Positions 59,919 to 64,000 of a stretch of 64,000 nt of DNA are shown piece by piece. Both the position numbers and the translations under genes were made by a program. Positions within the stretch are counted from its first letter, which is position 1. Each line of letters begins with the position of its first letter. Origin of the DNA: an uncultured Phycisphaerales bacterium (GTDB lineage: Bacteria; Planctomycetota; Phycisphaerae; Tepidisphaerales; Tepidisphaeraceae). Under the pieces are notes generated by a model that was not told the origin of the DNA, ran no database searches, and saw only the letters and a program-made list of their open reading frames with translations. The stretch covers positions 32,001 through 96,000 of the forward strand of contig CAWJPJ010000001.1 of the NCBI GenBank assembly GCA_963844715.1. The letters are read 5' to 3'.

Positions 59919-60112
59919 GCCAACCCTTCTCCCCCACACTCTATAGGGGGCGATTGTCGAGAGGTCCGGCGCGTGGCCGGATGGGTAGACGAGACGCGAC
60001 GGATTTCGCGGTATTCACCGACGCGTGCCCCGGGAGAAGTTATTCGGGCGGTCTTTTTCGCCCGTTCCGCGAAATACGCTCACTCCCAGCGCCTTTCGCT
60101 TTTTGCAGTCTT

Positions 60113-60183
60113 TACCCGGTAGTGTAACGGTAGCACAAGAGATTTTGGTTCTCTTTGTCCTGGTTCGAATCCAGGCCGGGTAG
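60113..60183 (+). tRNA. tRNA-Gln(TTG)
   Basis: TACCCGG..AGAGA-TTTTGGT-TCTCT..CCTGGTTCGAATCCAGG-CCGGGTA-G cloverleaf. Confidence 0.95.
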
Positions 60184-60213
60184 CATTATCCTTTTGCGGA
60201 AAATCGGAATCGG

Positions 60214-61164
60214 ATGTCGCTGACCGCCATCATTCTTGCCGCCGGAAAATCGACGCGGATGAAATCCAAGCGCCCCAAGCCGCTCCACGAAATCTGCGGG
60301 AAGCCCATGCTCGGCTGGATTCTCGACGCCTGCTACGACGCCGAAGTCACGCACGTGCTCCTGGTCGTCGGCCACGGCAAGGATGAAATTATCGCCGCCT
60401 TCGGAAACGACAAGCGCATCGAATTTGTCGAGCAAACCGAGCAGCTGGGCACCGGGCACGCCGCCAAAATGTGCGCGGCCCAACTCAAGCAGCACGCGGG
60501 CGACATCCTCATCCTCGCCGGAGACGTCCCGCTGATTACCGGGCAGGTTCTGAAAACCCTCCGCCAAGCGCACAAGGACGAGCGGGCCGCCGCCTCGATG
60601 GCGACCGCCATGCTCGACGACCCCACCGGCTACGGCCGCGTCGTCCGCGGCGACGACGGGCAGTTCATGGAAATCGTCGAGCAGATCGACTGCACCCCCA
60701 AACAACGCGAAATTCGCGAGGTTTTCCCCTCCCTTTATTGCATCAAAACCGACGACCTGTTGCTGGCGATGTCAAAATTGAAAAATGAGAACAAAAAAGG
60801 GGAGTATTACCTCACGGATATCTATGCGATTCTGCGCAAGGCCGGCAAAAAGGTCGTGGCCGTGCAGGCTGCGACGGCGGAGGACATTCTCGCCCCCAAC
60901 ACCCGCCAGCAACTCGCCGAGGCCGACGCCGTAATGCAGGACCGCATCCAGAGAAAAATTCGCGAGAACGGAGCGACGATCGTCAGCGGATTCAATACGT
61001 ATATCGAGGCGAACGTCTCGGTCGGAGCCGACACGCTCATCTCCCCGTTCTCTTTCATCGGGAGGGACAGTTCGATCGGCCGCGATTGCGTGATCGGGCC
61101 TTTCGCGTCGCTCCCGCCGGGAAGCATCGTGCCGGAGGGCGCCAGGGTCGCCGGAAATATTTAG
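60214..61164 (+). CDS. glmU: GlmU-like uridyltransferase with only a short LbH tail
   Basis: ILAAGKSTRMKS..PKPLH, QLGTGHA, GDVPL, GYGRVVR, EYYLTD; ends at 316 aa. Confidence 0.85.
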   Translation: MSLTAIILAAGKSTRMKSKRPKPLHEICGKPMLGWILDACYDAEVTHVLLVVGHGKDEIIAAFGNDKRIEFVEQTEQLGTGHAAKMCAAQLKQHAGDILILAGDVPLITGQVLKTLRQAHKDERAAASMATAMLDDPTGYGRVVRGDDGQFMEIVEQIDCTPKQREIREVFPSLYCIKTDDLLLAMSKLKNENKKGEYYLTDIYAILRKAGKKVVAVQAATAEDILAPNTRQQLAEADAVMQDRIQRKIRENGATIVSGFNTYIEANVSVGADTLISPFSFIGRDSSIGRDCVIGPFASLPPGSIVPEGARVAGNI

Positions 61165-61185
61165 CGGAGCAGAGCAAAGAAGTTT

Positions 61186-62160
61186 ATGGCCAATCTGGAC
61201 GCCAAAAATCTCAAGGTTTTCACCGGCCGCGCCAATCCGCACCTGGCCCAGAAAATCTGTCAGTACCTCAAGATCGAGCAAGGCAACGGGCGGACCGAAC
61301 TCTTCCCCGACGGCGAGCTGATCGTGACGGTCGACGAGGACGTTCGCGGCCGCGATTGCTTCGTCATCCAGCCGACCTGCCATCCCGTCAACGCGCATCT
61401 GATGGAACTCTTCGTCTGGATCGACACCCTCCGCCGCGCCAGCGCCCAGCGCGTGACGGCGGTCATTCCCTATTTCGGCTACGCCCGCCAGGACCAGAAA
61501 CACGCCGGCCGCACCCCGATCACCGCCAAACTCGTGGCAAACCTGCTCGAGCGCAGCGGCGCCGATCGGGTCGTGACGGTCGATCTCCACGCCGGACAGG
61601 TGCAGGGCTTTTTCGACATTCCGGTGGACCATCTCTCCGCCGCGCCGATTTTCGCGCGCTGGTTCCGCTCGCTGAATTTGAGCAATCACATCTTCGTCTC
61701 GCCCGATGTGGGCAACGTCAAGCGCACCCAGGCCTACGCCGAACTGGTCGGCGGCGAACTCTGCTTCATCGACAAACGCCGCCGCAGCGGGACGACCACC
61801 GAAGCCAAGCACGTCATCGGCGATGTCCAGGGAAAAAACGTTTTGATCGTCGACGACATGATCACCACGGCCGGCACCATCGCCGGGGCGTGCAGCATTC
61901 TTCGCGACAACGGCGCCAAGGACATCTTCATCGCCGCCACCCACGCGGTTTTCGCCCCGCCGGCGATGGAGCGGCTGACCCAGTGCGATTTCGCGAAACT
62001 CGCCGTCACCGACTCGATTCCCATCGGCACCCGCGCCGAACCGATCAAGAATCGGCTGGTGGTCCTCAGCGTCGCCGATTTTCTGGGGGAAGCGATTCAT
62101 CGTATTCACCACAACGAAAGCGTCAGCGCGTTGTTTAACAAACACGCCAATGGAGCTTGA
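61186..62160 (+). CDS. prs: Ribose-phosphate pyrophosphokinase
   Basis: FPDGE, PYFGYARQD, DLHAGQVQGFF, SPDVG, IVDDMITTAGT. Confidence 0.97.
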   Translation: MANLDAKNLKVFTGRANPHLAQKICQYLKIEQGNGRTELFPDGELIVTVDEDVRGRDCFVIQPTCHPVNAHLMELFVWIDTLRRASAQRVTAVIPYFGYARQDQKHAGRTPITAKLVANLLERSGADRVVTVDLHAGQVQGFFDIPVDHLSAAPIFARWFRSLNLSNHIFVSPDVGNVKRTQAYAELVGGELCFIDKRRRSGTTTEAKHVIGDVQGKNVLIVDDMITTAGTIAGACSILRDNGAKDIFIAATHAVFAPPAMERLTQCDFAKLAVTDSIPIGTRAEPIKNRLVVLSVADFLGEAIHRIHHNESVSALFNKHANGA

Positions 62161-62177
62161 AGACAGGAGAACGAACC

Positions 62178-62879
62178 ATGGCCGTACAATCCGCACAAGT
62201 CGCCGCCAAGAGCCGCACCGAGCTGGGAAGCCGCGCCAATCGCCGGCTGCGCCTCGCCGGCTTTCTGCCCGGCGTCATCTACGGGCACAAGGAGGCGATC
62301 GTCCCCGTCTCCCTTCCCAAGAAGGAAGTCGTCACATTTCTCAATAAAGGCGCGCACCTCTTCGATCTGAACTTCGAGGGCAAGAGCGAGAAAGTGCTCA
62401 TCAAGGAAGTGCAGTACGATCACCTGGGGATCGAAGTGATCCATGTCGATTTCGCGCGGGTGAGCCTCGACGAAAAAGTGAAGGTCACCGTCCCCGTCGA
62501 ACTCAAGGGCACCCCCGCCGGTGAAGCCGACGGCGGCGTGCTCCAGCAGATTCTCAGCGCTTTGAACATCGAATGCCTCGTCACCGAGATTCCCGACGCC
62601 ATCCGGCACAATGTCTCGGAAATGAAACTCAACGACGTGCTGCACATCAAGGAACTGAAACTCCCCGCCGGCGTGAAGTCGATGCAGGACGGCGATCTGA
62701 TCGTGGCGACCGTGAAGGAAGTTCTGGAAGTGGTCGAGGCCGCGCCGCCGGCGGAAGGCGCCGCCGCCGAACCGGAACTCATCGGCCGCAAGCCCGCCGA
62801 GGGCGAGGAAGAAGGCGCCGCGGGCGCCCCCGCCGCCGGCGATGCGAAGGACAAAGACAAGGACAAGGAAAAGAAGTAA
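62178..62879 (+). CDS. rplY: 50S ribosomal protein L25/Ctc
   Basis: RLR..G.LPGVIYG, LIKEVQYD, HVDFARV, VPV.L.G. Confidence 0.95.
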   Translation: MAVQSAQVAAKSRTELGSRANRRLRLAGFLPGVIYGHKEAIVPVSLPKKEVVTFLNKGAHLFDLNFEGKSEKVLIKEVQYDHLGIEVIHVDFARVSLDEKVKVTVPVELKGTPAGEADGGVLQQILSALNIECLVTEIPDAIRHNVSEMKLNDVLHIKELKLPAGVKSMQDGDLIVATVKEVLEVVEAAPPAEGAAAEPELIGRKPAEGEEEGAAGAPAAGDAKDKDKDKEKK

Positions 62880-62882
62880 CGC

Positions 62883-63500
62883 ATGCGTCTGGTCGTCGGT
62901 CTGGGAAATCCCGGGAAAGAGTTCGTGGGAACCCGGCACAACGTCGGCTGGGAAATTCTGGAGGAACTGGCGTATCGAGCCGGCTGGGTCGCAAAACCCG
63001 CCGACTTCGACGCCGCGGCGAAAAAAAAATTCGACGGCCTCGTCCTGGATGGAACCGTGTCCCTCCATTCCGGACCGGCCGAAAAGATCGTGCTGCTGAA
63101 GCCCATGACGTATATGAATCTCAGCGGCAGGGCCGTGTCGGCGGCGGCGGGATTCTTCCAGATCCCGCCCCAGGATCTGATCGTCCTGCTCGACGATATC
63201 GCCCTGCCGGCGGGAAAAATCCGAATTCGTGCCGGCGGGAGCAGCGGCGGGCACAACGGTCTGAAGGACATCGAGCGGGCGATCGGTACCGATCAATACC
63301 CGCGGCTGAGGCTCGGCATCGACGCCCCGCCTCCGTATATCCAGGGCGCCGATTATGTCCTGGGAAAATTTACCGAGGAGCAGCGCCGCCTGGTCGATCC
63401 GGCGGTGCAACGGGCGGCAAAGGCCGTCCTCGCCTGGGTCGAAAAAGGTCTCCAGGCCGCGATGAACGAATTTAACGCAGAGGAATCGTCCAATGGCTAA
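62883..63500 (+). CDS. pth: Peptidyl-tRNA hydrolase
   Basis: VGLGNPG..TRHNVG, KPMTYMNLSG, GGHNGLK, RLRLGI, YVL. Confidence 0.97.
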   Translation: MRLVVGLGNPGKEFVGTRHNVGWEILEELAYRAGWVAKPADFDAAAKKKFDGLVLDGTVSLHSGPAEKIVLLKPMTYMNLSGRAVSAAAGFFQIPPQDLIVLLDDIALPAGKIRIRAGGSSGGHNGLKDIERAIGTDQYPRLRLGIDAPPPYIQGADYVLGKFTEEQRRLVDPAVQRAAKAVLAWVEKGLQAAMNEFNAEESSNG

Positions 63501-63956
63501 GGCAAAAAAACCGGTCGTCCCCGTCAATCAATACGAGGCGATGTTCCTTCTGGGCTCCGCTTTCGCAACGGACCTGGACGGCGCGCTGAAAATCGTCCGC
63601 GGCATCGTCGAACGCCACGAATGCGAAGTCCTCGTCCTCAAAAAATGGGACGAGCGCAAACTGGCGTACGAAATCGGCGGGCAAAAACGCGGACTCTTTA
63701 TCCTTTGTTATTACAAAGGCCCCGGCGCTTCCGTTTCGGCGATCGAGCGCGACGTGAATCTGAGCGATCAGATCATTCGCGTCCTCATCACCAAGGCGGA
63801 TCATCTGAACGCCGAGGAGATGGCCGCCGTCGAACCCCAGCCGATCATCCCGCGCGAGGACGCCCCTCGTGGGACCGCCCCTACGAGGATCGCCCGCCGA
63901 TGCGCGGCCGGCCCCCGCGCCAGGAGGATTCCGAACCCGCCGCGAGCAGGGAATAA
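63493..63956 (+). CDS. rpsF: 30S ribosomal protein S6 (indel in the C-terminal tail)
   Basis: NQYEAMFLL..KWDERKLAYEI...KRG.F......IERDVNLSDQIIRVLI. Confidence 0.9.
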
Positions 63957-63980
63957 CACCGCCTTTACCCAAGGTGCAAC

Positions 63981-64000
63981 ATGGCCAGCATTAATAAAGT
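63981..64000 (+). CDS. ssb: Start of single-stranded DNA-binding protein (truncated by window)
   Basis: MASINKV directly after rpsF, the usual synteny. Confidence 0.7.

Overview
High-GC bacterial sequence, most likely Planctomycetota (Phycisphaerae/Tepidisphaerales-like, inferred from protein families and a Planctomycete-type RpoC insertion). Single-base indels break even essential genes (rpoB, rpoC, topA, priA, rpsF), so frameshifts are read as uncorrected long-read errors, not pseudogenes. About 1-15.4 kb is accessory DNA ending at a tRNA(CAT). It holds GTP-PEPCK, two HypB-like GTPases without the nickel ligands, a Rieske/cytochrome b-c/cytochrome c/porin/lipoprotein-cytochrome operon, and decayed integrase and PEP-CTERM scraps. 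It ends in an integrative mobilizable module (VirD2/DUF3363-like relaxase, RHH proteins, AlpA-like Xis, BrnT toxin with an HTH partner, tyrosine integrase). 15.5-29 kb encodes an S10 peptidase, a tandem-duplicated FKBP PPIase, a compact PL9-like beta-helix protein and four TMTC-like (GT-C + TPR) membrane glycosyltransferases. 30-64 kb is mostly core genome: topA, rplK-(inserted gene)-rplA-rplJ-rplL-rpoB-rpoC, priA, an OGT/SPINDLY-like gene beside a fifth TMTC-like gene, and tRNA-Gln-glmU(short)-prs-rplY-pth-rpsF-ssb. The best candidates for undescribed systems are the quinol-to-porin cytochrome operon and the TMTC-like glycosylation array.
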